Source: Octopus sinensis
Taxonomy: Eukaryota
Assembly: GCF_006345805.1 (NCBI RefSeq)
Contig: NC_043005.1
Location: 75,516,001-75,580,000, forward strand
Reading direction: 5' to 3'
Length of the DNA stretch: 64,000 nucleotides
The position numbers and the translations under genes were made by a program. Below the pieces are notes generated by a model that was not told the DNA's origin, did not search any database, and saw nothing but the letters and a program-made list of their open reading frames with translations. Position 1 is the first letter of the stretch, and each line of letters begins with the position of its first letter. Positions 48,897-62,050 of this stretch are shown piece after piece.

Positions 48897-49292
48897 GCAT
48901 AGGCGTGGCTGTGTGGTAAGAAACTTGCTTCCCAACCACATGATTCCAGGTTCAGTCCCACTGCGTGGCATCTTGGGCAAGTGTCTTCTATAGCTTCAGG
49001 CCAACCAAAGCTTTGTGAGTGAATTTCGTCGATGGAAACTGAAAGAAACCTGTCATATATGTGTATGTGTGTGTTTGTGTGTGTCTTTGTGACTGTATTT
49101 GCCCCTCCCCCACTGTCACTGCTTGACAACTGGTATTGGTGTTTACATCCCCGTAACTTAGTGGTTCAGCAAAAAGAGTCTGATGGAATAAGTACTAGGC
49201 TTTAAAAAAGAAGTCCTGGGGTCAATTTGTTCGACTAAAACTCTTTGAGGTGGTACTCCAGCTTGGCCGCAGTCTAATGACTGAAACAAGTT
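48897..49292 (+). mobile_element. SINE family A, CpG-decayed
   Basis: Family A layout. Confidence 0.85.
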
Positions 49293-51598
49293 ATAGATTA
49301 AAAGAATATATATATAAGCACATATATTTTTGTTGAGTGGCAAAAGCAGTATTAGTTCAAAATAACAATCTGTGCATCATACTTAAAACAGATACATCAT
49401 TGAAAACCTGATAAATTGAAGTATTTTTCTCAAGATGGCATTTCTTATTGAAGTATAGTGTTAAAAACCACAGAAATAGCTCATATTTTTCTGTGATAGT
49501 TGTAAAGAAGTGTTTAGCAATTTGGATACGTTAAATGAATTCTTTCAAATGCTTGCATGTCTCTATAGAAATGGTTGGTGATTTCTCTTACACCTTGGTG
49601 AGCTGGTTGGCAGTATTAGTGAGAACTCTGAAAGTATAGTAACATGAGTGAGAGGTGAATGGATAAAGTTTAACTGGGGCTCTGCAAGAAACAATGGGAT
49701 TCCCTTGCTGAGTGAAGGATAGATTACATAATGCTTGTGTCGGAAGTGTAGCAATGCTGGTTGGTAGCAAAACAGGGCCTTTGAATGAGGAGAGTATATG
49801 AAGAGCAGAAGGAAATGTGCAGATGCACCATTGGATGTGTAATGTTAGCATGCATAAGAAAACGGACTACAAATCTGCTGAAAGAAAATAGGACCATCAG
49901 AGGAATTAAATGTGGAATAGAAATTTGTCAATGTTCTGTTTATCTTTTGGTTGACATTCTTTTATAGATGGTATTTTAGCTTTATCTTTTACACGTTTTA
50001 GTCATTAGACTTGTGCCATGCTGGGGCACCACCTTGAGAAATTTTAGTCCAAGAAAACAACCCTAGTACTTATTTTTTGTTAAAGCTCGATAGTTATTCT
50101 ATTGTGCTGTTTTGCTGAACTTCTAAGTTACAGGGATGTCAAGCAGTGGTAGGGGACAAACGCAGACAAAAACACAAACACACATGTATGCACACACGCG
50201 TGCGCGCGCACACACACGCAAGCACACACACACGCACATACATTGTTTAGATTTAATCTTATGTCCCTGAAGTTCATTAAATGGTTTTTAGTTGGTTTTA
50301 GCTGTGATTTCAAAACCTAATTCCTTAAAGACATTGAAGAAATCTTTTCTATATGTTTGTGTGTATATATACATATGTGTGTGTGCGTATAGATAGATAG
50401 ACAGAGAGACAGACAGTCAGATAGACAGACAGACAGATAGATAGATAGATATTTATATATATATATATATAGGTATACATACATGTATATATGTATGCAC
50501 ATATATTATGTATATTTAATGTTCCATATGTTTCTTATTATAATCATAAGTACTTTATTTCTTTTAAAATGTTTTTAAATATGTTTTCATAACGAGGAGA
50601 CCTTTTGTTGAGAATTTACTTTATTGATGTTGTCTGCCTACCTCAAATACTTACTTGTGGCACATGCCTTCTGTACATAAGCACACACACACCCCAACAC
50701 CCCCACACCCCACACCCAAACCTACATCTAAATCCACACACCTCACACACACATGCATATACATAAGCACACATCTATATATATATGTATATATACATAC
50801 ATATTTATACATACAGACATGCACCAATATATATATATATATTTATATATAAAACATACATACATACATACATACATGCATACATAGATGCATAGATACA
50901 TATATATATATATATATATAATTATTACATATATATATATATACATATATATATAATTATTTGTTGTATGCAAAAGTAAATATTTGTTTCCAAATATTTT
51001 GATAATGTTGACTTCATTGGTCCATTTTGATTGAATAAATTTTACATACAAATGAATTTTAAAAACATTTGGTTTTGAAAATAACGAGACTTTCAGAGTT
51101 TGAAAATGAAGATATAAACAATAACCTGTTTACTAATTGAAGGTATTGTCAAAATTCTCTAAAAGCCTTAATTAATTGCATTAAATTTTAGTTTTTGTAC
51201 ATGGAATTTCTGATTTAGTTCATCAAGTTCTTGCTTTTGTGAAATTTCCTCCAACCCAAGTTATATGAAACGACATAAAGATTTGCTAGTTTATTAGATT
51301 TCCTGTCAATCTAGTTTTCTAGATTTTCCTCTTATCTTTCCAAAGAAAATATATTCTATTGTAGCCCTAGGCCAACCAAAGCCTTGTTTGCGGATTTGGT
51401 AGATGGAAATTGAAAAAAGCCTGTTCTGTGCATGCATGCATGAATGTATGTATGTATGTATGTATGTATGTATGTATGTATGTATGTATGTATGTATGTA
51501 TGTATGTATGTATGTATGTATGTATGTATGTATGTATGTCAGTATTTATGTCTGTCTGTCAGTCCATCCATATGTATGAGTGTGTGTATATGTTTGTG

Positions 51599-51633
<35 letters not shown>

Positions 51634-52067
51634 ATGAGTGAGAGAGAGAGAGAATGAGTGTGTGAGAGAAAGAGAGAGAGAATGAGTGACAGAAAGAGAG
51701 AATGAGTGAGAGAGAGAGAGTTAGTGTCTTCTTACCTTGACAGTGCCTGATTGTTGTAAACAAGCATCACTGTCATCCCAAGATCCCATGACATTTTGGG
51801 TTTCCTGGATCAGGACAGACCTGAAGTCAAATAACAATAACAACAAAAACACCAATAACCAATTCTATGTTCTATGTAACTGGATGAAACATCGTCTTTG
51901 TCGTTGTCATCATCAGCATCATCATCATTTTAATGCCTACTTTTCCATGCATGCATAGGTCAGACGAGATTTGTTAAGGCAAACTTTCCACAGCTGGATG
52001 ATCTCCCTGTCACAAACCCCGAGTTGTTTCCTAGTAAGGTAATTCTTCCCGATAGGTGGATAGGTTG

Positions 52068-52170
52068 CTAGCATGGGTTGGACGGTTTGACTGAGGGCTG
52101 GTGAAACCTCAGTCAAACTGTCCAACCCATGCTAGCATGGAAAGCGGACGTTAAACGATGATAATGATGA
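52068..52170 (+). mobile_element. Fold-back RTE 3'-end insertion with 8-bp TSD
   Basis: ATAGGTTG at 52060-52067 and 52171-52178. 31-bp inverted arms at 52066-52096 / 52107-52137, then the (GAT)n tail. Confidence 0.9.
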
Positions 52171-52178
52171 ATAGGTTG

Positions 52179-52640
52179 TCCATTGATGTCCAATGATGAT
52201 AAAACCCGTGTTCTCATTGATGAGAGCATATGTGACTCTGCAGTCCAAAGCTGGAAGCACACAGGTACCCATAGATGTCACAGCAGAAGTCTGTTGACCA
52301 GATTGAGGCAGATATTGTCCTGTGATGTCTTTCACTTGCAGCATCAAGACACTGTTGGCAGTCATTTTTGAAGGCAGCTGCTGCATGTGATATACCTCCA
52401 TACTGATCTGTCTGCACAGAGGCTCTGAGTTCACAAGGGCTTATGCCACTCTATTAGACGTTACTTTTCAGAATGTCTTTGTACGTCAGTTTAGGTGTTC
52501 CTTGTTTGTGTGAGCCCTGCATGGGCTTGCTGAACAACAGCTGTCTGGGTACACAGTTGTCAGTCATTCTGATGACATGGCTAGCCCAGTGTAACTGTGC
52601 CTTCAGTCACGTTGACCCAATGCTTGTTGAAGACAATGTG
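52179..52640 (-). mobile_element. RTE-BovB-like RT C-terminal fragment
   Basis: QLHWASHVIRMTDNCVPRQLLFSKPMQGSHKQGTPKLTYKDILKSN resembles QLRWAGHV.RM....PK.L....L..G.R..G....RYKD.LK. Confidence 0.8.
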
Positions 52641-53009
52641 AATAAAGGGTGAATGTCTACAGTTTCATGCTTGCACAAGTCAGACGGAATTTGTTAATAG
52701 TAGTTTTTTCAGCTGGATGCCTTTCCTATCACCAATCCTTGCCTGTTTCCAATATAGTGAATATTTACCCATGGCCAGACATGTTTCCATGAAAGATTAG
52801 AAATGAAAAATGACACTGCTTGTATGATGGTGGTACATACCCTCCCACTCACAAGCCTTGGTTGGCTGCATATTGGGACTAACTTAACCAAAAACCATGT
52901 TTTGGAAGGAAGCTTCTTAACAACATGACCATTTTTGCACCTGCCTATGATCTGATATATATATACTCTTTTACTTGTTTCAGTCATTTGACTGCGGCCA
53001 TGCTGGAGC

Positions 53010-53664
53010 AGTGCATAACCTCTGAGAAACTGTTTTGCATGATATGTTGACATCGGAAGTGGAGCAAAACTTGCATGATATGTCACCAGCACTCTTAAAC
53101 CTATCCATCAGTGACATTCTAACCATAATATAATCTTGTCCTGGTGAAGTTTTACCAGTTTTGGGTTTAGCATCTGTCGATCCTGATGACTTAAAACAAG
53201 CTACAATTTATTGCACAACACTTCTTGACCTTCCTATATTAGTTGCTATCACAGAATTTGACTTAGTCTCTTGGTGAAGGCACACAATCCTTTGTTATTC
53301 ATCACAGGATACTGGTCATCTCTCACAAGCCACCGTGTAGACAGTGGAGTGTTCCAATAATGTAAGATCATATGAAGCGACTGTTAGCCCATTAACAGTC
53401 TTCTAAACAACAAATACCTCGGTTAGTTGTTCATTTTTTTCTAAGTAACCCTTAACTTTTGGCTGCTGCAGTTTATAAGATTGTTTGTTTATTTCCCCAT
53501 AACTTACGAAATTTATTCCATTCACTTGAAATTTTCATGAAAGATAGATATTAGATATATATCTAAATATGTGTAAAATATAAAGTCTCAACATGTTAAT
53601 CTTCTATAATAACTATTTCAATACACATGTTCTTACCGATCTTTATATGATGGCCGCCACTGTA
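53010..53664 (-). mobile_element. Tc1-like transposon, 5' portion
   Basis: Terminus TA|CAGTGGCGGCC. N-terminal HTH remnant IATNIGRSRSVV..FKSSGSTDAKPKTG...RMSLMDRFKSA...NISCKTVSQRL. Confidence 0.75.
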
Positions 53665-54057
53665 TAATATATACATAGATATCTATATCTATCTATCTAT
53701 CTATATATATATATATATAGATTTGTAAATTTTAAGCTATGATGTGCTATTTCATTTAAAAAGCTAAAATCCAATACTAATGTTAGCTCTGGTTCACTGT
53801 TTTTAAGACAGAAAGGCAATAAAATCTCCACCTGGATGAAACACTAATCTTTTTAAGGTGACATTGTCGTAAAGTTTTGTACTCATTCTTGACAACTCAG
53901 TCAATTTCAAAATAGAAACCTGTCTGTTAATATTCCAATACCATATTCCTTTGGTTATTTCCTATCTTAACCATCTGAATTTTGTAAACGTTCATATTTC
54001 TGCTGCTTGATTAATTTCAAAGAGTCTGACATTAGAAATCCTTTTATCTTGAAGTAT

Positions 54058-54320
54058 GTTATCATCATCATCATCATCATCATCGTCGTTGTTGTCATTG
54101 TTGTTGTCATCATCGTAATCATCATCATCATCACCATCGTCCTTGTCATTGTAATCACCGTTGTTGTAATCATCATCGTTGTTGTAATCATCATCGTCAT
54201 CGTAATCATCATCATTGTAGTCATTGTCGTAATCATCATCATCGTCGTTGTCATAATCATCATCGTCGTCGTCATAATCATCATCGTTGTAATCATGATC
54301 ATGATCATGATCATCATATA
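54058..54320. repeat. (CAT/CGT/TGT)n trinucleotide array
   Basis: Seen directly in the sequence. Confidence 0.95.
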
Positions 54321-55728
54321 ACATCAACTTTTCCATGGTAGTATGGGTCAGACAGTATTTGTTGAGATAGATTTTCTATGGCAGGATATTCTTCCTCTTG
54401 TCAGCCCACACCAGTTTCCAAGCATAGAAAATATTCCTCTGTGGCCAGACATATTTTTTGTGGATAACTGGAAGCGAAAAACATTCTCATTTACATCAAA
54501 CTTATGAAAAGTTTTGAAATAATACTTCCTTGCCAACATATAGCTGAGTAGCAGAATTCGGTTAGAGCCTATTTATATTCCTCGAATGTCTCTTAAAAAC
54601 ATAACCATTTCGTTGGATTAATAGAATTAAGCCAACGACCACGATCACTAGAATCAGCAAGTAGCTATCTTATAAGGATTACTGGTCAGTGATCAGATAC
54701 ATGTATCAACATCTGTATGTACTTAAGAGGAATTGGGAAATTGGAGATCAGGCACCCAGAGTCAAGGATTATGGAGAGCTGTAAAGGGAAAGCTTTATCC
54801 AGCAGTGATAGGTGATTGATTCGGGAGTTTTGAGTTCAAATCTGGGTAAGTCAAATTTATCTTCTGTTGTTTTGTGATCAATAAAATAAATACCAATTTT
54901 TCTCATCCTCTTCCATTCCTTATACATTTTCACCCCCCTCACTCACCCACCCATTTCAACTCACCTTGTATCATGAAGAGTTACCTGGATACCTCATCGC
55001 CAATATTTAGTTATTTATAGCTCCTACTGATCATTCTCACCTCTCTTCTAAATGTGAGCAGCCATGCAACTCCTCTACTAGAACATGCTATTTCCTTACC
55101 TTTCTCTCATACTTTGACCCCGCATCTCCTTAGCAAAAATCTGACCCCATTCCCATGGCATTTGTAGTCTTGCAAACTGTAGGCCAACCTCAACTATGCT
55201 GTTGGCATGAAAGAAAAGAGAAAAGCACCTAATACATGCTGTAATGTGCTTGGCATTTGGAAGGGCATCAAGCTGTAGAAGCCATGTCAAAGAAGACATC
55301 GGAGTATGATGCAGTGCTAGGGCCTGCTGGATCTTGTCAAACCATCCCAACTCATGTCTGCAAAGAATATGGATGTTAAATGACGATGTCTCAATGAAAT
55401 CTACCATTCTCTTATAAATATTGATTTTGTGCTAAATAAAAGAAGAAAAACATCATTTAATCGGTGTTTTTGCTCTTTAAACTGTAAGATACATATGGTG
55501 TCTATTTACAGTTTGGTAGATTAAACTAATGAGTGTTAAGAGTATTAACCATACTCACAGTTTAGTGTTGTTGTTGTTGGTGATGGCAAATATGGAACAA
55601 CCGTTCAGCCAGTAGTCTGGCTATATTGATTTAGCCAAGTGCTGCAAATGTCGTGTTGCTAGTAGACCAATAATAAGCATAGTTAAAACTTTTAACTATA
55701 AATTAGACATGGATAGAGTACCACTCAC

Positions 55729-55776
55729 TTCCAGAATCGTTGCACAACCAGACAGTTTCCTGTGTGATGGAAGTAG
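55729..55776 (-). other. Candidate 48-nt exon
   Basis: GATTTCTAACAG acceptor and GAA|GTGAGT donor; all three frames are open. Confidence 0.2.
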
Positions 55777-56240
55777 CTGTTAGAAATCTATTCACATTTT
55801 TCAAAGACTGCATCCTGTTATTGTTGGAATAATCTCAGAATGTCTTCTATTATAATTAAAATTTCTGTCAGGTTTTAACATTTTGAGCCAAACAAATGGT
55901 TGTTGAATATTTGCACAAATGTCATGGATAATGAATGAAATATATCATGTGGAAAATTTTGACCTCTTACATTCAAGAACCAATAAGAATTCAGAAACTG
56001 TGCTACCATTTTTTATTTTTTTGTGTTATTTCTCTCCTACAAATTACTCTCCTTATATAATAAAACAAAAAAAAAAAAACCCAAAAAATCCAAGTCACTT
56101 GACCTTATTGTGGATGATAAAAATGATGGTGATCATAGTTAAGTATAATGGTTATTTAAACATTTATTTGCTGTTGCTGTTACCAGCCTTGGGATATTGT
56201 AATGTAGGTGTGCATGTGCGTTATTCAGTTTTATTTCAAG

Positions 56241-56320
56241 ATTTCTTGCCAATAGAGAAAGAACTGGTTCCTAACCTAGATCCAAGACTCCTCCAGTGGA
56301 ATTACAACAACACCAACAGG
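56241..56320 (+). CDS. Candidate 80-nt exon, (D)FLPIEKELVPNLDPRLLQWNYNNTNR
   Basis: Acceptor TTTTATTTCAAG, donor AGG|GTATTA, a single open frame, complex sequence. Confidence 0.3.
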
Positions 56321-56656
56321 GTATTATTTGTGTATGTTTGTTTGTATGTGTGCAGTATTTGGAGTCAGTGCATGTGCAGATTTGTATGTTTTGTTTTAAG
56401 TATGTATCCTCATGCATATAGTTACACATCTAGACGTGCACATATACACTTAAATGCTAAACTTCTGGAAAGTTTTACAAATATTTACAGTGCCATTGAT
56501 GGCTTCAAGCTGCAATTTTTGAATTAGCTTTCTCCTTTCTGGTTTTGCCTAATTTCTCAAGATTGGTGGTTAGGCAGTTTGTTGCATATCCCAGTGCTCT
56601 AATAATTACAAGTATAAGCCTGAACTTATATTCTGGGTAGAGTGACTGTAAATTTT

Positions 56657-56697
<41 letters not shown>

Positions 56698-57711
56698 ATG
56701 TCTGTATGTATGTATGTATGTATGTATGTATGTATGATGTATGTATGTATGTATGTATGATGTATGTATGTATAAATGAATAAATGCATGCATCATTTAG
56801 AGAGTGGTGTGTTAGGTTATTATCACTTTAAAAAAATAGCTTCAGTCATGGGTATCACTTGATTTTTAACATTTCTGTTATATATATCATTAAATACATA
56901 TACTAATGTATATGCTTCGTGTATTTTCTGCTGGCTGCAATGGTGTATCAGAGTATATATACGTGTGTGTGTGTATACAGGTACAATAGATATGTATGCT
57001 TGTATGTATCCATGTATGGGTATGATATATATATATGTATGCATGTCCAAACGTATATTATAAAATACTGAAGTTTAGTGTAGTATAATGCAATATAGTA
57101 GAAAGAAGTTAGCATTGTTATTGTTTATTAGTGCCCCAACCCTGATTGAGAATACTTATAGTCAAAGACATTTTAGCCACAACTATCCTGTCCTGTTTTA
57201 TTCTTCTTAGATGTAGTGTATCTAAGACTGCACTATCTATCACATTCTTTGATTTTTTACAGATTGTTCAATATAATTTGAGTGAGATTTGGCTCCCATT
57301 TCTAGTAAATTAAGCAAACATGTAATAACTTCTTCATTCCCTCAAAAAATATAATGCTGTGCAGTAATGTGTGCAGTGTAGTGTAATGTAGCAGAGTTAG
57401 TATGTGCATTACTGGTTTCTGTTGTGTATTGGCTAGAGTTATGGACCCTTGAATATTATTGTTGTGTTTGGAGTAGTTCTTATATTTTCATGATTCAAGT
57501 GGATGCATGATTACCCCTTTTGTATTTAAGCCGACCATATCCGGCCTAAATATTTTTACTGTTTTATGTCCAAACTGGCCAGATCCTGCCTCTCACACCT
57601 GCCATACAATGTCATTCTAAAACAAACAGTCACATCATTTAAATCTTGAAGCTACAAGATAATACATGAGTGATTCCAAGTAATGTAAATAATAAACATT
57701 ACATTTGACAA

Positions 57712-58180
57712 AATAAGGTGGCGGGCTGGAAGAAACATTAGCACGCTGGGCGAAATGCTGTCTTTACATTCTGAGTTCAAATCCCACCGAGGTCAGCTTT
57801 GCCTTTTATCCTTTTGAGGTTGATAAATTAAGTACCATTTGCGTACTGGGGTTGATCTAATCAACTTCCCCCAAAATTTTTGGCCTTGTGCCTTGAGTAG
57901 AAAAGATTACATTTGAACAGAATAATCTGAATACTAAAGGCTTAAGCAAGAAGACCATAAATTATTTCAGTATCAACTGTGTGAAAGAAGGTGGTGAGCT
58001 GGACAAAGTGCTTAGTGGCATTTCATTTGTCTTCATATTCTGGGTTCAAATTACGCCGAGGTCTACTTTGACTGTCATCCTTTCGGGGTCGATAAAATAG
58101 GTACCAGTTGAACACTGGGGGTCGATGTAATCGACTCATCCCCTCCCCCAAAATTGCTGCCCTTATGGCAAAATTTTAAA
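57712..58180 (+). mobile_element. Two tandem SINE family B copies
   Basis: Heads at about 57715 and 57990 with B-boxes and the CTTTCGGGGTCGATAAA module. Confidence 0.8.
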
Positions 58181-58413
58181 CCAAACAAGGGTATTTTATC
58201 TTTTACTTGTTTCAGTCATTAGACTGAGGCCATACTGGGACACCACCCCGAAGAACTTTAGTTGAATGAATTGACCCTGGTAGTTACTTTTTTTTTTTTA
58301 AGGCTGATACTTATTCTGTCGCTTTTACTAAAATGCTAAGTTACAGGAATGTAAACACACCAACACTGGTTGTTAAGCCATGGTGGGAGACAAAGACAGA
58401 TGCACCCCCCCCC

Positions 58414-58446
<33 letters not shown>

Positions 58447-58690
58447 GAGGTGCGTGGTTTAGTGGTTAGGGTGTCAGCATCATGATCGTAAGATTGTGGT
58501 TTCGATTCCTGGACTGGGCGATGCATTGTGTTCTTGAGCAAAACACTTCATTTCACGTTGCTCCAGTTCACTCAGCTGGCAAAAATCATTAACGCTGTGA
58601 TGGACTGGTGTCTTATCCAGCTGGGGAACACATACGCCATAGAAACTGGGAAACCGGGCCCATGAGCCTGGCTAGGTTTTAAAAGGGCAC
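58447..58690 (+). mobile_element. SINE family D
   Basis: GGAGGTGCGTGGTTTAGTGGTTAGGG A-box and GGTTTCGATTCC B-box. Confidence 0.8.
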
Positions 58691-58701
58691 ATTTATTTTA
58701 T

Positions 58702-58753
<52 letters not shown>

Positions 58754-59610
58754 TATGATGGGCTACTTTCAGTTTCTGTGTACTGAATCTACTCACAAGG
58801 CTTCGGTTGGTCTGAGTCTATAATGAAAGACACTTGCCCAAGGTGCCATACAGTAGGACAGAACTCAGAACCACGTGGTTGAGAAGCAATCTTCTTACCA
58901 AGCTGCTAGATATTTTAAAGTGGATTTATAGGAGAAATATATTTAAATATAATACTGCAACATTAAACTCGAATAAAGTATGAAACCATAACTTTATCAT
59001 ATATAAACTACATTATAACAGTACCATATTTCAGTTTTATCTTCTTTCATATCAACCGTATAGTTGCATATATTTTGATTGAGACAACTGCTGTACACGA
59101 TATAAAACTCAAACTTTTAAGCTATGATAAGTTTGTGTAACTACAATTAGCCATCAGAGCAATGCACCAATGCTGTGGTTTTGTTGTCATCCACTCATTG
59201 CAAATTAACTGATAGCCAGATGAAAGTTTACCATTCCTTTCATCTTTCTTGGAGAATTTTCATTTAGATAATTAAGAAATGTTTCTTAGAGGCAACACAG
59301 TTATTAAATAATGTAAGACATGTATGAGGTGTGGCAGGAGAAGAAGATATGAGGTTTGATGGAGAAGGAGATATAATGAGACCTCTCCATATAGTTTGTC
59401 TTTTATCTTTTATTTCTTTCAGTCTGTAGACTGTGGCCAGGTTGTGGCACCACCTTGAAGAATTTTAATCAAATGAATTTTTAGGCCTGGTACTTTATTC
59501 TATCAGCTTCTATTGCTTAGTTGCTTATGTTGTGGGGATGTAAACACACTAACAATGGTTCTCAAGCAGTGGTCATAGGCAAACACACTCACAGACACAC
59601 ACACACATAG

Positions 59611-59681
<71 letters not shown>

Positions 59682-59929
59682 ACCAAGATATTAAACTACC
59701 AACTTCAAGTCTATGTATTCAAATCTTTTGCTTGTATTTCCTGGTGTTATTGCACACATTGTTTATTCTGTGTTTCAATTCATTTAGCTCTTGGGAATAA
59801 GTTTCATATCATATGAGAATGCTACTAGCAATAAACTAGCATCCTATCCAGGTAGAGATTTATCATTCATCCACCTCATGTTATGAAACCAGAACTAAGC
59901 TTTGATTCTCATGGTGCCTCTTATGGATT

Positions 59930-60217
59930 GTTTGTTCCTTCTTGAGCCATGCCTGGCTCATAAGGGCCAGTTTCCCGGTTTCCTCGGTGTATAGGTTCCC
60001 CACCTGGACGGGACGCCGGTCCGTTGCAGGTGAGCTGCAAGATGTAGGAGGAAAGGGTGAGAGAAAGTTGTGGCAAAAGAGTCAGCAGAAGTTCGCCATT
60101 ACTTTCTGCCAGAGTCACGTGAAGCTTAGGTTTTTCGCTCATAAACACACACATCGCCCGGTCTGAGATTCGAACCCGCGAGTTCACTGCTCTAACCACT
60201 AGGCCATGTGCCTCCAC
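59930..60217 (-). mobile_element. SINE family C, full length
   Basis: Inverted match to 2533-2798. Confidence 0.88.
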
Positions 60218-60511
60218 CTCTTATGGATTAGAAGACAATTACTTGCAATAAGTCATCATTCTCTCCAGAGTCTTTTTTCATTCATATGCATGATGCTATT
60301 TATGGTAGTCAGAACTGAATATGGGCTTTTTTGATTTGTGTGATTCAGAAATTGTCAGCATTTAGCTCTAATAAGAGTTTAGACCTTCCTTCTGGCCCTA
60401 CATGGTGGTACACACAACTTGAATATTATTGTTGTAAACAACTTCTATTGCAGATAGATACAGAAGTGAACTATGACAGCTCTGCAATGTTGTAGCCAAT
60501 TAAAAAAAAAA

Positions 60512-60903
60512 TTCTTCCCAATATAAAGCTGAAGTTGTCTGTGTATGGCAGGTTTGGTAGCCTCCAAATAACACTATCTCCTCCGAGACCCTGCAGCGCA
60601 AGTTGACCAAAATTGAGAGTATGATAGAAGAAGGCTTGTTCTTCCTTCCGTAGAAGAAAAAATTGAAATTGGACCATGTTAACACCAAAAATTATTTACA
60701 TCAAAAAGGTGCTTTTTTTCTATGAAAATCCCCATTTTTTATGATTTTTTGACTGCTGTGTCACCATTTTTCAGTGTATTTCAACCAGAAAAATGTTCAC
60801 TTAAAGAGAATAACAAGCTACATAACGCAAAATTTTTACTTTTCAAAAATTCCAATTCTAAAGGGTCAAAACAAACCCGAGCAACGCCAGGCGATACTGC
60901 TAG
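60512..60903 (+). mobile_element. Non-autonomous Helitron (~390 bp), apparently complete
   Basis: 3' end CCCGAGCAACGCCAGG (decayed CCCGG-GCAACG-CCGGG hairpin), 8 nt, then CTAG|T. 5' end A|TTCTTCCCAATATAAAGCTGAAGTTGTCTGTG resembles the 5' ends of non-autonomous Helitrons. Confidence 0.7.
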
Positions 60904-60934
60904 TAATAGGATAAATATCTTGTTTAGTGTTTAG

Positions 60935-60980
60935 TTGGGAAGATCTGCAAATTACTACAAGGAAGAGCTTGTTGGCAGAG
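60935..60980 (+). CDS. Candidate 46-nt exon
   Basis: TCTTGTTTAGTGTTTAG acceptor and strong GAG|GTAAGA donor; all frames are open. Confidence 0.35.
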
Positions 60981-61361
60981 GTAAGATGGCAATATGAATA
61001 ACATATCGAATAATACTTTATTGCTCATAGGTTAAAGTTCAAAGCTGCTACTGCTGCTGCTGCTGAAAGCATTTCAGTGTGTTTCTGGGTTAAACACTTT
61101 ATTCTGCATTGTTTCAGTAACAGATACCTGATCATCTGGTAATATTACCTGTCATAAACCTCTGTCCTATACACAGAAGAATTTAGTTATCATGTAACCG
61201 GAACCAAATACCGGCTCTTAGGAAGCATGTACATTTTACATCTACGTACTGCTTGGATTGATTCCAATATTTCTATTAAAGTAGAGATTACTTTAAGCTT
61301 TCAACACTGTAACTTAATCCAATACGTCCTTATTAGATGTTTGTTTTGTTTGCTTTTGTAG

Positions 61362-61537
61362 GAGTTTATGTCTGGTTCCACACAATTCTAGATAGAAATG
61401 AAACAGCATAGCATGATGGATTTGGCAGTTGTACTGCAACCATAAATATTTTTGAGATCACATCAACAGCAAATGGTTTCTTGTATGGATCTGGATAGGC
61501 TACATAATTCTATATTAGGAAAAATATGTACAATAAA
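61362..61537 (+). other. Candidate terminal exon with AATAAA at 61532-61537
   Basis: Strong acceptor TTGTTTTGTTTGCTTTTGTAG, early stops in all frames, and a downstream polyA signal. Confidence 0.3.
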
Positions 61538-61851
61538 GAGAGTCAAAACTATTGAAAAGGTTGGAAGACGCAATGAAAATTTTAGGAAAATAAAAATAAG
61601 AAAAAATTGGAAATTTTACCGGTGAGTGTGTTAAATAATAAGGCACAAAAATAAAATGACTCTCCCCAGACACAACAGAATGTACAAGAAAGATTCTCTA
61701 GAAATATTACCTGAGACAGACTTCTATCCTATCTTGTGAGAGATTTCTCTCTTGTCCTCTTAACATTATGAACCCTAGATATAAGCACTGATCCATAAAA
61801 TTTCCTTACATAGAGATAGGAACATTATTAGTCATGATACAACTGCCTTGT

Positions 61852-61884
<33 letters not shown>

Positions 61885-61886
<2 letters not shown>

Positions 61887-62050
61887 TGTCATTGTCATCG
61901 TTGTACCAATTTTTTGCTCTGTCAAGGCCATACTTGTTGCAAAGTGTCCAATGGACAAGCCTGGCTATATTGTTGTGGCATCTCTTATGTTCCTTCTGGG
62001 CTAGTGGCGTACACTGGCTGGTAATATGCCACATGGTTTCACCGTTTTGT
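61885..62050 (-). mobile_element. R4/Dong-clade LINE fragment (CCHC knuckle region)
   Basis: CGQNGETMWHITSQCTPLAQKEHKRCHNNIARLVHWTLCNKYGLDRAKNWY matches C..ET..HI.S.C..LAQ.EYK.RH..VA..VHW.LC.KYG. Confidence 0.85.

Noticed and set aside
55919-56527. 202-aa ORF treated as a single CDS
   Set aside because: It is low-complexity AT-rich read-through; only 56241-56320 has exon-like borders.
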